Shown piece by piece: positions 1 to 11,187 of a DNA stretch of 64,000 bases. The stretch spans positions 48,298,001 to 48,362,000 of the forward strand of contig NC_043014.1 in NCBI RefSeq assembly GCF_006345805.1, given 5' to 3'. Made by a program: the position numbers and the translations under genes. Position 1 is the first letter of the stretch. Every line of letters starts with the position of its first letter. Below the pieces are notes generated by a model. It was not told the DNA's origin. It did not search any database and saw nothing but the letters and a program-made list of their open reading frames with translations. Source of the DNA: Octopus sinensis (Eukaryota).

Positions 1-107
1 GTGTGAACAAATGGGTCGGGGCGGAAGTCAGAATGACTAGGTTGGGGCAGAGGTGGGCAACAAGTATGTTTGGGGATGGGGGCAGTGATGACTGGGTTTG
101 CTGGTAG

Positions 108-407
108 AAGCAGGCAACAACTGGGTTCAGGGTGGAAGTGAGCAAAGAGGGTGGGGGACAGCTGGGTTCAGTGGGGCAGAAGCAGGTACAACTGGGTTCA
201 GGGCAGAAGCGAGCAAAGAGGGTGGGGGACAGCTGGGTTCAGTGGGGCAGAAGCAGGTACAACTGGGTTCAGGGCGGAAGTGAGCAAAGAGGGTGGGGGA
301 CAGCTGGGTTCAGTGGGGCAGAAGCAGGTACAACTGGGTTCAGGGCGGAAGGGAGCAAAGAGGGTGGGGGACAGCTGGGTTCAGTGGGGCAGAAGCAGGT
401 ACGACTG
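108..407 (+). repeat. 71-bp G-rich minisatellite, ~4.2 copies, in the last intron of the TRAF gene
   Basis: GTGGGGGACAGCTGGG recurs at 151, 222, 293 and 364 (period 71); it explains the repetitive ORFs at 98-481. Confidence 0.95.
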
Positions 408-492
408 TGTTTGAGGTTTGTGAGAGAGGTAGAGTGTGTGTGTGTGTGCAAAAGGCAACCATGTCAACAAATGTATTTTAATGTTTTTCTAG

Positions 493-1058
493 ATCAACTC
501 CTGACCCAAGTCACATCAATCGATCGACAAATTGGTCTCCACGACATGAGAATTGAAGAAATGAATTCCAAGTTGACTTCAGTGACACATCCAAATTACG
601 ACGCTGAAGTCCTCATGAAAATTAGCAACTATTCCCGATGGAAATCAGCACTGAAAACATCAAAGACCTCTTTCATATATAGTGAGCCATTTTATAGTAG
701 TAAGTATGGTTATAAAATGTGTGCCAAAGTCTATCTAAATGGTGATGGAATAGGGAAAGGAACACATCTATCTTTTTATTTCACAATAATGAAAGGAGAA
801 TACGACAACATCCTTACATGGCCTTTCAAGCACAAAGTTACGCTTACTGTACTTGATCAATTTGGTGGAGATAAAAATTATAGTGACAGATTCCTACCTG
901 ATCCAAACAGCAAAAGCTTTCATAAACCATCAAGTGACTATAACATAGCAACTGGTTGTCCTGACTTTATTCCACAGACAGAAGTTGAGTCTTATCCCTT
1001 CATGAAAGATGACACTATTTTCCTAAAGGCCTCCGTCGACACGACTAATCTTCGCTAG
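493..1058 (+). CDS. TRAF3-like: Terminal coding exon of a TRAF3-like TNF receptor-associated factor (coiled-coil end + MATH/TRAF-C domain); upstream exons lie outside the window
   Basis: Acceptor tttttctag at 484-492 (phase 1). Translation has TRAF-C hallmarks: YSEPFYSSKYGYKMCAKVYLNGDGIGKGTHLS, MKGEYDNILTWPFKHKVT, FLPDPNS, NIATGCP, KDDTIFLK. TAG ends at 1058. Confidence 0.93.
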
Positions 1059-2425
1059 CAAACGGCTTCGACATCTTGCTAGACAGACAAACGAAGTTCT
1101 TTATTGTTCGGAGTGCAGCAAAGAGAAAAAAAAAAACAGAAAAAAATCCTTTGATAGCAAGCAAGCAAAACGAATGTCTCTCTTAACGAGACCGCTATTC
1201 TTCACTGCTTTCGGTTTATTTATTTTTTTTTTTCCTCCTAAATTTTTTTTTTTTTGGTTTGTTTTTCAACTATCACATGTTATTTAACTGAAACTACTCG
1301 TAATAATATATTTTGCCGTATTACTATACAAAACTAATTAAAATACCTCCATAATTACGTCATCAACTAATTAATTAAAACCCCCCGCCCCCACCCCTCT
1401 AATCTCTAACACTGGGACATTCACAGCTTCTGGAATAAAACCTTAACACTTTTTTCTTTGTTACTAATATTCCTTAATATATTTAATATTTATAATGTAT
1501 ATATGATTAATATAGTGTGTGCATCTATATATATAATAATATATATGTATTATATATATCTATATATATAATATTCCACTATCATATCTACTAATTCTAT
1601 ATTAACATAGCCACTGATTAAAGATTATCAAAATCAACTTAATCGAACCATTTGAACTCTATTGCAATGCTATTAATGTTTTTGTAATTCTCCTTTTGTG
1701 TAGCACACACTCGCGTGTGCACACACACACATAGATGCACACACACACACACACACACACCACATAAATACATTCTGCACACATCCGGTTTCCCATTTTC
1801 TGCTAAACCCTTTTCCATTCGTGCTGCTGCTGCTGTTGTTGTTAAGCAACAAGATGGGTAAAGGTGATTAGGTGATGGTCTAGGGCTTAGGGACAGAAGA
1901 CCCCCCAGACCTTGGAAAAGGGGAAAAAAATAATAACTTTGGTCGTCTTGTTGTAGTCGAGGGCTCTGCTTTGAAGCCCGACACCACTGGGAGGTGGCCC
2001 TTGAAGTCGCTGGAAATGGAGATCTCCAGGTCCGAATTCTTAAACGGCTGCTGCTGCTCTGTGATGATAAATGATCTCCAACTCTTGTCGCAGGACTCCC
2101 CAGAATGACTAATGGACAACACCTGCTATTAGTAAGTTCAACGTGGAGTCGAGTGCGTTTATGTCTGTTTTGAGTTGTTTTGTGAGAAATTGAAGTCGAA
2201 CGACATGGATATGCACTTGTGGTGATCGTGATATTAATTGATATTAATTTAGGTCGAATAAAATAATTACGATGACATCCCTCTGAAGTGAATGCAAAAA
2301 GAAAAAGAAAAAAAACTTTTTATTTTTTTATTTTAATATTTATTTTCAAGTTTATTACATTAAGTAATTACATGAAAGTAATTACATGAAAGATTGAATA
2401 AATGTGTTTGTGTGTGTGTGTGTGT
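1059..2425 (+). promoter_or_regulatory. Probable TRAF 3' UTR with candidate poly(A) signals
   Basis: AATAAA at 1434, 2257 and 2397, the last followed by a GT-rich tract; the signal actually used cannot be determined. Confidence 0.5.
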
Positions 2426-3289
2426 GAGTGCTAATTAATTGATGAAGGAATCAGTTAATATTCAACAGGGTGGGTGTAGACATGGTAGTGTGACCAAAAC
2501 TTTATTTTGTTACCTCATAGTTTTGAGTTTGAACCTGGCCAAAGAAAGGCTTGACTGCACCAATGACTTGTGATGGAAATTTGAAGGACACAAGTTGAGG
2601 AATTTTGTGTGTATGTCTGTATATTGGTAAAAAAAAAAAATCACCAACAGATCAGTGGATCTTTAAAAAATGTCCTTTGTTATTTCACTTGATTTGCAAA
2701 AACCCCACTCCCTTTAACTACTGAAATCAATAACCCTAGACTGGCTTTGATTACAACTGCATGATAGAACAGAAACTAATGTTAATTAACAACATTAATT
2801 GCATAAATATGTATGAAATATGCTAACATTATTTAATCTATCTTTTATTGTTTACTTGATGATGATGATGATGATGTTTCAATTATTGGACTACGGCCAT
2901 GCTTGAGCAGCACCTCAAAGGGTCTTTGTTGAAAGAAATTGACCCCTGTACTTATTCTATTACTTATGCCAAACTACTAGGTTTTATGGGGACATAAACA
3001 AACCCAGACTGGTTGTAAAGTCGTGCTGGGGGACAAACACAGATATACACATATGCTAATATACATATATTTCAGTTTCCTTCTACCAAATCCATTCCCA
3101 AGATACCATCCTGGGGTACTGAACACAATGATATGGCTAGGAAGCAAGCCCCTTACATAGCCATGCCTGCTTAAATTCTGTCTTACTGGGATCAACTGAG
3201 AGTAAAACCCCTGCAAGTGGTGGGTTTCAATGGTCATGTAGGGAATATTTCCCAATAAACCAAAATTTAAAATATAATAGATAATCAAT

Positions 3290-3637
3290 ATCACTTAATA
3301 TTTACTGTTATGAAAGTACACTATAATTAAGAAGAATGAACAAAATTTAAAAATATATCATTCACCCACAGCAGTGGGTGAATATGTTCTTAAGGTCAAC
3401 GGAACGTTTTACTGGAGTTTGAAAGGTACTGGGTTCAATTCTATACAGTGATCTTTGATTCAACCATTTCAAAATTGTTAAATCACTTAATATTTACTGT
3501 TATGAAAGTACACTGGAATTAAGAAGAATGAACAAAATTTTAAAATATATCATTCACTCACAGCAGTGGGTGAATATGTTCTTAAGGTCAACAGAACGTT
3601 TTACTGGAGTTTGAGAGGTACAGGGTTCAATTCTATA
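3290..3637 (+). repeat. Local tandem duplication, period 192 bp
   Basis: ATCACTTAATATTTACTGTTATGAAAGTACACT...GGGTTCAATTCTATA occurs at 3290-3445 and 3482-3637 with few differences. Confidence 0.9.
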
Positions 3638-3689
3638 GTGACCTGCTATCCACTTTCTATTTCGTTTTCTTAGGGTATTTAACTGATCT

Positions 3690-4875
3690 AAGATGTTTTT
3701 ACTGCTGGGAGCTCTGCTCTGCTGATGAGCTTGTTCTCATAGCCAAATCACTTCTAGAACTAGAGAAGAAATTTCAGGCATGGAAGCAAGTTCTGGAACC
3801 AAAGGGCCTTAGAGTTAATCAAGCAAAAATTGAAATCTTAGTGAGTAGGAAAGTGGACAAATTACAAACCCCCTCAGGTAGATGCCCTATTTAATCTGTT
3901 GAAAAGGTGTAGATAGAAACTCCATAAGATGTACCCGGTATAAGCTTGTGTGTGTGGTAGATGCACAGGTGCAATAAACACCTCAAATGTACAGAAATTA
4001 GACTCCAGTGGGGGTAGCTAGAGGTAGTTGGTAGCTTCCAGAGGTGGATTCTCCAAGAGTGTAGCTGCAAGAATAAGAATAGGATGGACAAAGTTTAGAG
4101 AGCGCCTACCTCTGTTGGTAACAAAGGGCTTCTCCCTCAGAGTGAAAGGCAGACTGTATGATGCCTGTATGCGAACAGCTATGCTACATGGCAGTGAAAC
4201 ATGGGCGGAGACCAACGAGGACATGCATAGGCTTGAAAAAAAAAATGAAGCTAGTATGTGCAGTGTCAGCGTACATGTATGACTAAGTGTAAGCATTTTG
4301 AGAGGAAAGATGGGAATAAGAGGCACCAGATGTGGTGTGCAAGAGAGACGACTGCATTGGTATGGTCATGTGATGCGCTTGGATGAGGACAGCTGTGTAA
4401 AGAAGTGCTGGTCTCTGGAGGTTAACTTGTGGAAGAGGTCGACCCAGGAAAACATGGGACGAGGTGGTGAAGCATGATTTTCGAATGTTGGGCCTTACAG
4501 GAGTGATGACAAACGACTGAGAACTCGGGCAATAAGCTGTGCGTGAGAAAACTCGTCAGGCCAAGTGAAGTTATAGTCATGATTGCTGCTGGGGCCTTGT
4601 AAAAGGCACCTGTGAATCATCGTGGTCGATGCTGGGCACCTGTGCTTCATAGTTGTGGTCGTCAATGGTGCTATGCGTATTGGCACCTGGGACTCGTGGT
4701 TGTTGGTGGTGCCATGCAAATGGCACCCATAGTTCATAGTGATGGTTGCCATTAGGAAGGGCATCCAGCTACAGAAACCATGCCAGATCAGACTGGAACA
4801 TGGTGCAGTTCACTGATTCATCAGCTCCAGTCAAACCATTTAACCCATGGGGAGCGGACATTAAATGATGATGAT
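3690..4875 (+). mobile_element. 5'-truncated, decayed RTE-clade LINE (RT C-terminus + 3' UTR)
   Basis: ELCSADELVLIA (degenerate YADD). ORF 4028-4282 reads RIRIGWTKFRE...KGRLYDACMRTAMLHGSETW; RLHWYGHVMR and GRPRKTW follow downstream with frameshifts; ends in an (ATG)n tail. Confidence 0.85.
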
Positions 4876-5427
4876 TTGAACACATATTGAACTGTTCATT
4901 AAAACAAATATTTTGAAAAAAAAAAATCCTGTCTAAAAATATCAAACATAAAAATAGTTACAATTTTTGCGATTTTATATTAATTTTTATTACTCTGTTT
5001 ATGTATCAAAATATGTAATGCTAAAAACATTAAAATTTAAAATTTCACTAATTAAAAAACTAAGTAGTTATTTATCTAATTAAAATATAGCAGTATTTTA
5101 TAACGATTGTTCAAAAATAAATCCTTTGTTATTTTTAGGTACAAACAAAATTTCTAAGTTTGAGCAAAATCTGTATTTAAAATATATTTACAATAATATC
5201 ATGTTTGCAATTATAAAGGTAAATATTATAATAATAGAAGTGTTGCCTGCAAAAAAGTTGACTACAATGAAAATTGTAGGGGCAGAATCCTAGAATATTC
5301 TTATGTATGAACCTGGGTAGGTTGATTCCACCAACCACAGTGCTCAACTAGTACTTACGAGGGAATACTGCTAAGTTCCTGGTTTTGGCTAAAAGAAATT
5401 ACAGGAAGATCTGTTAATTGTCATTTT

Positions 5428-6431
5428 ATTCTTTTACTTGTTTCAGTCATTTGACTGTGGCCATGCTGGAGCACCGCCTTTAGTCGAGCAAATCGACCCC
5501 AGGACTTATTCTTTGTAAGCCTAGTACTTATTCTATCGGCCTCTTTTGCCGAACCGTTAAGTTATGGGCACACCAGCATCGGTTGTCAAGCGATGTTGGG
5601 GGACAAATACAGACACACAAGCATATACACACATACATGTGTGTGTATATATATATATATATAGCGTTGGGCCTCACTGAGGCAATGGCGAAGGACCGAG
5701 ATCTCTAGAGATGTGCTGCAAAGACCCAGGATGCTTCCGGCACCAGTTCTGCATAGCCCCTGCCCATTCAGAGTACCTTGGGTCCCAGAACATCTCGTTG
5801 TGCTTGAGGAGACCTGTTGAGTCAAGTGCATGTACATGAACATCGAAACAAATATCAATGGAAATAGTAGTTGTGATACCTGTGCCGGTGGCACATAAAA
5901 AGCACCATCCAAACGTGGCCGTTGCCAGCGCCGCCTTGACTGGCTTCTGTGCCGGTGGCACATAAAAAGCTCCATCCAAATGTGGCCGATGCCAGCGCCG
6001 CCTTGACTGGCTTCCGTGCTGGTGGCACGTTAAAAGCACCAACCAATCGTGGCCGATGCCAGACCCCCCGTGACACCTGTGCAGGTGGCACGTAAAAAGC
6101 ACCCACTACACTCGCGGATTGGTTGGCGTTAGGAAGGGCATCCAGCTGTAGAAACACTGCCAGATCAGACTGGAGCCTGGTGCAGCCCCAGTCGAACCGT
6201 CCAACTCGTGCTAGCGCAGAAAACGGACGTTTAACGATGATGATGATATATATATATATATATATATACAATGGGCTTCTTTCAGTTTCCGTCTACCAAG
6301 TCCAATCACAAGCCTTTGGTCGGCCCAAGGCTATAGTAGAAGACACTTGCCCAAGGTGCCACGCAGTTGGACTGAACCCGGAACCATGTGGCTGGTAAGC
6401 AAGCTACTTACCACACAGCCATTCCTGCACC
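5428..6431 (-). mobile_element. tRNA-derived SINE (family A), split by an RTE insertion into its internal microsatellite
   Basis: Matches the copies at 25.6, 30.4, 33.9 and 43.8 kb; head with A box TGGCTGTGTGG and B box GGTTCAGTCC on the minus strand; halves at 5428-5662 and 6270-6431. Confidence 0.85.
5664..6246 (+). mobile_element. RTE LINE 3' end with four tandem ~65-bp structured units
   Basis: Starts with the ORF end LGLTEAMAKDRDL; contains GGCGTTAGGAAGGGCATCCAGCTGTAGAAAC and ends in an (ATG)n tail. Confidence 0.85.
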
Positions 6432-6967
6432 TATTGAACACATTCCTCTCACAGATTCACACACACACTTATTGCAGTGGTCCTTCCGTTTTTCTAAGTC
6501 CTGTAAAAGAACTTAGAAGGTTGGGCCAACAAACAGGGCTTTCGTGATACCCTTAAAACCAGGAACTTTTCAGCATCCCCTTGTATTTTATTGAACCTAA
6601 AACAGATGAAAAACAATGTTGACCTCAGCTGATTTGGAACTCAGAATGTGAAGACAGGTGATATGCTGCTAAGCATTTTACCTGGTGTGCTACTGGTTCT
6701 GCCATATCCAACCTTCAATATTGAATTCTAACAAGCAGAAAGCCATGTTTTAAGGGAAGAAGAGTATAAGTTGAATACATCAACTCCCTAATACTTGAAT
6801 GGTACCTACTTTATCATCACCACCTCAAACCTGTAAGGATGAGGGGTGAAGTTGGCCTTGGTGAAATCAGAACTCAAAAGCTATGTAACTGAATACCACA
6901 AGGCATTTGGTACCGTGCTCTGCCAGTTCACCACCGTCCTCGTCTTCTTTCTCCGTTCATTAATATT

Positions 6968-7335
6968 CTGGAAGCACTCCATCGGTTATGACGACGAGGG
7001 TTCCGGTTGATCCGATCAACAGAACAGCCTGCTCGTGAAATTAACGTGTAAGTGGCTGAGCACTCCACAGACACGTGCACCCTTAACGTAGTTCTCGGGG
7101 ATATTCAGCGTGACAGAGAGTGACAAGGCCGGCCCTTTGAAATACAGGTACAACAGAAACAGGAAGTAAGAGTGAGAGAAAGTTGTGGTGAAAGAGTACA
7201 GCAGGGATCACCACCATCCCCTGCCGGAGCCTCATGGAGCTTTAGGTGTTTTCGCTCAATAAACACTCACAACGCCCGGTCTGGGAATCGAAACCGCGAG
7301 TCCGCTGCCCTAACCAATGAGCCATTGCGCCTCCA
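6968..7335 (-). mobile_element. tRNA-derived SINE (family C) with 12-bp TSD
   Basis: TSD TTCATTAATATT at 6956-6967 and 7336-7347; tRNA-like head on the minus strand; near-identical copy at 26282-26670. Confidence 0.9.
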
Positions 7336-7493
7336 TTCATTAATATTAAAACACTAAATACTAATCAAAGAGAGAAGGTTAAATCAGTCTAACCTCAACT
7401 AACAACAGTGGGCTGTCAATCATATTAAAATTGAATTCGTGTGGTGCTGTTGGGTGTTGTGACCACTCTTTGAATGTGGGAGTTTATCCTTGA

Positions 7494-7834
7494 CTAGCAC
7501 TATGACCTGGTATGCATATACAACTGCGTGCATGCGCACATACATGCAAGTGCTGTCCAAATCTGCGACCAATCACATACAGCTAGCTGGCATTCAATTG
7601 GCGTATCAAGTTTCAGGCATTTTGATTGGGTTTTGGATAGAAAATTCACAAAAAAGTCACTTCTATTGATTTTTTTAATGGCTTTGCGGGGTGACTGGGG
7701 AAATGTAAAGATGTGCACAACCACCCTTGTACGGTTTTGAATGACCATAGAAAGTGCGAGCCCTCTAACTGAAAAATCGTGGATTTGTATAAAGAACACA
7801 CACACAGACATTTTGCCGTTTATATATATAGAGA
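7494..7834 (-). mobile_element. Non-autonomous Helitron
   Basis: 5' TC(TC)TATATATA...AACGGCA start and 3' CTAG end on the minus strand, inserted at A|T; 5' end resembles the copies at 26.9 and 44.2 kb. Confidence 0.7.
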
Positions 7835-8386
7835 TTACATAATGGGACCAAAACCAACCAACCATGAAAATATCTGTCTTTCCTGGAATCCGTTGAAATG
7901 GTGGTCCAAAAGAAAGTTCGCTGAAGAACATGACATATAAAGGTACGAGTCCCTTTCTCTCTCTGGTCGCTACCTTCATTCAAACAATGTGGACTACTAA
8001 CCCCATAAGACCTGTGAAAAATAAAGCAAACCACTCAGTAATGTTTGTTTTCTGCTACTTTTGTCTTTTGTTCCACTCGAAGGGTTCGTGTTAAATGTTT
8101 ATTTCGAATACTTCTGTAAGATATTTCATTTATTAATGAGTTCTTCGGTTAACACGATGTTAAAGAGAGATCAAGATTGGAGCCTGGTGCAGCCATCTGG
8201 TTCGCCAGCCCTCAGTCAAAATCGTCTAACCCATGCTAGCATGGAAAGCGGACATTAAATGATGATGATTACAGAGATGACAAATGGAATCAACTTCCAG
8301 TTTGCAGCAAAGTAACATGATTTTGTATTTCAAACCAACATGGAATAATGGGACTGTTGATCTTAATTTAATGATTTCTTAATTAA

Positions 8387-8606
8387 CCCTTTCATTACTG
8401 AATTTATTTTGATATGCTCTGTGTTTCTTTCAATTACTTTAAATATAACAAAGAATTTAGTAAAACAACTTAGTTATCATTCAGCTAGTGTTAGGAACAT
8501 AAATTGTGACTAAGGTTTGGTGGAAGATTTTAATTCAAAACTTATGAAAACAAGACATTTGTACACAGAACCAGAGCTGATTTCAGCCGGGTTGGTAACG
8601 AAAGGG
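8387..8606. mobile_element. piggyBac-like MITE
   Basis: TTAA|CCCTTTCATTAC ... GTAACGAAAGGG|TTAA; related copy at 17277-17867 is split by an RTE insertion. Confidence 0.85.
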
Positions 8607-8664
8607 TTAAAATAAAGAGAATAAAAGTACAAAACACTGTGTAACGAAGCTATTCAAAGTATAT

Positions 8665-8670
8665 TTTATT
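8665..8670 (-). promoter_or_regulatory. Candidate MRPL46 poly(A) signal
   Basis: AATAAA on the minus strand ~43 nt after the stop codon. Confidence 0.55.
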
Positions 8671-8712
8671 TTATAAACGAGAGCAAAGCCTTATCATATA
8701 AATAATTTGTTT

Positions 8713-8865
8713 TCATAAATCTACAATAAATTGATCAATGGCTTTGAAATATTCTGAGGGTGTTTTGTCTGCTATTTCTTGTTTGGTTAACCAAGAAAAA
8801 TCTATCAAATCTTCGGATTTACTTGATACGTTTCCAGTTCGGTGGTGAGCTCTGAAAAAAAAGAC
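8713..8865 (-). CDS. MRPL46: Mitochondrial ribosomal protein L46, exon 6 (last)
   Basis: Acceptor ttcag|GTC, phase 0; VFFFRAHHRTG...WLTKQEIAD...EYFKAIDQFIVDL* matches the mL46 C-terminus (VFFFKA...WVTKDEL...RFVSDL). Confidence 0.92.
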   Translation of the reverse strand, partial: VFFFRAHHRTGNVSSKSEDLIDFSWLTKQEIADKTPSEYFKAIDQFIVDL

Positions 8866-8959
8866 CTGAAAGAGAGAGCAGAGAATAAAACTCATTTACA
8901 TCATCTCGTTAAATATTTCTCTTGTCAATATGAAATAATTCTGTCCGGAATCGAAATTG

Positions 8960-9149
8960 AACCAATCCTATGACTGGCACCCGGCAGATGCCAGAACCCC
9001 TGGACTGGAGATACGTAAAAAGCACTATCCGAATCGTGGCCGATGCCAGCGCTGCCTCGACTGGCTTCCGTGTCGGTGACACGTAAAAAGCACCAGTCGA
9101 ACTGTCCAACCCATGCTAGCATGGAGAACGGACGTTAAACGATGATGAT
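8960..9149 (+). mobile_element. RTE 3'-end fragment
   Basis: Structured units, CCATGCTAGCATGG palindrome and (GAT)n tail. Confidence 0.8.
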
Positions 9150-9239
9150 AACTATAGGCACAAGGGCTGAAATTGCTTCATTCCGTTCCTCAGAACTTTT
9201 ATTTTCTTCTTTGTAAATAGCAGATCATACTTTTGCTTA

Positions 9240-9992
9240 TTCTTTTACTTGTTTCAGTCATTTGACTGTGGCCATGCTGGAGCACTGCCTCGATGTGTTT
9301 CAGTCAAACAAATCAACCTTAGAACTTATTTTTTTAAGCCTAGTACTTATTCCATTGGTCTCTTTTGCTGAAATGTTACGTTGAGTGGCTGTGTGGTAAG
9401 TAGCTTGTTTACCAACCACATGGTTCCGGGTTCAAGTCCCACTGCATGGCACCTTGGGCAAGGGTCTTCTGCCATAGGCTCGGGCCGACCAAAGCCTTGT
9501 GAATGGATTTGGTAGACAGAAACTGAAAGAAGCCTGTCGTATATATGTATATATATATATGCGTGTGTGTGTTTGTCCCCCTAGCATTGCTTGAAAACCG
9601 ATGCTGGTGTGTTTATGTCCCCGTAACTTAGCGGTTCGGAAAAAGAGACCAATAGAATAAGTACTGGGCTTACAAAAGAATAAGTCCCGGGGTCGAGTTG
9701 CTCAATTAAAGGCGGTGCTCCAGCATGGCCGCAGTCAAATGACTGAAACAAGTAAAAGAGTAAAGAGTACAGGGATGTAAATAAACCAACACCAGTTGTC
9801 AAGCAGTGGGGGAGGGGGGACACTCACACATATATGACGGGGTTTCTTTCCGATTTACCAAATCCACTTACAAGGCTTTGGTTGGCCCGAAGCTATTGTA
9901 GAAGACACTTGCCCAAGATGCCATGCAGTGGGACTGAACCCAGAGACGTGGAGTTGGGAAGCAAGCTTCTTACCACAGAGCCATGCCTGCAC
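9240..9992. mobile_element. SINE A (+, 9381-9768) nested inside an opposite-orientation SINE A (-)
   Basis: The minus copy breaks at ...GAAATGTTAC and resumes at AGGGATGTAAATAAACC; a full plus copy lies between. Confidence 0.8.
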
Positions 9993-10504
9993 TTTATATT
10001 TTAATTTTATAGTGAAATAAAAAAACAAAAAGGCTATATAAGGATAGGAATAGCCATACCTACATACATAGACGAATACAGGCAAACCAAATATCTTACA
10101 ACATGATTTCTTGGTTTATTAATATCATCTCTGCCTCTAAACGATGTATCGTAATTACCAAATGGTAATTAAGATCAGCATCACATGAGAAGGGGAAGTA
10201 ATCTCAAGAACATATTTATGGCCTTTGTAATTTGCATAATTTGGAACAACAATGACCAAGGAAAGATAACTCAAAGCAGCCAGTGGCATGTATTTGAACA
10301 ACATAGACAAATACAGGGCTGGGCTGTCCACACAACCAGTGGGGTAGAATCATTTGAAAGCTACAATGCAAGGAAACGCATTGTGATCAGCAGTGTATGA
10401 CAACATCTGATAGTCTGGGCAATACTGTGATACATATATATGTATATACAATCATTGTTTATAAAGACATTAGTTAAAAGTATTAGAACAATGTAGTAAC
10501 ACGT

Positions 10505-10785
10505 TGCAGATACTAGCGCCGCCTGACTGGCATCCGTGTCGGTGACCCGTAAAAGCACCAACCAATCGTGGCCGTTTGCCAGCCTGCACTGGCTCCTGTG
10601 CCAGTGGCATGTAAAAAAACACCCACTACACTCACGGAGTGGTTGGCGTTAGGAAGGGCATCCAGCTGTAGAAACTTTGCCAGATCAGATTAGAGCCTGG
10701 TGCAGCCTCCATGGTTTACCAGACCCCGGTCGAACCGTTCAACCCATACTAGCATGGAAAATAGACGTTAAATGATGATGATGAT
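10505..10785 (+). mobile_element. RTE 3'-end fragment
   Basis: Same 3' UTR and tail as 5664-6246. Confidence 0.8.
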
Positions 10786-11187
10786 TTAAAAGGTTACATC
10801 AACGTCACAATTACAGCAACACAATTTCATTAGTAAAGTTATTGGAGTGTTTTCCCTCATTTGAAGTTTTAGACGTTTATAGTATTAAAAGAACCAAAAA
10901 GCGGGTCAATAGCATGAACTTGATAGAACTGCTTTTGGATATATTTGCTCATGAAAGTTTATAAACAAAAGAACATAAAGATAAGCACTTTCTTCAAACT
11001 TTCATTTCATATTTCAAAATGATATTCAAACAATGAATATTTCAAAAGAAAAGCAGTTGTTGATTGGAAATGAGAAACTCTCCATACAAGGAATTTGGAG
11101 TCTTTCAGTTATTATGTATTACAGATTATTCTACATTTGTATAATGTCCTGTGATAATCACTGCTGGGGAATCAACTGATGTATATA

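Noticed and set aside
108-407. CRISPR-like periodic array
   Set aside because: Units are contiguous near-identical repeats with no unique spacers; eukaryotic intron, no cas genes
132-492. N-terminal part of the 308-aa ORF
   Set aside because: Intronic minisatellite read-through; TRAF homology begins after the acceptor at 492
1880-2122. 80-aa minus-strand ORF with an acceptor-like site
   Set aside because: No recognisable homology and no phase-compatible upstream exon; probably antisense to the TRAF 3' UTR
3715-3745. CTGATGAG hammerhead-like core
   Set aside because: Encodes the degenerate RT ADD motif; no GAAA or stems
7863-8011. Exon-like segment on the minus strand (tttttcacag...ATG|gttggt)
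   Set aside because: Lies past the MRPL46 stop and poly(A) signal, has no homology, and hits a stop at once if spliced from exon 5
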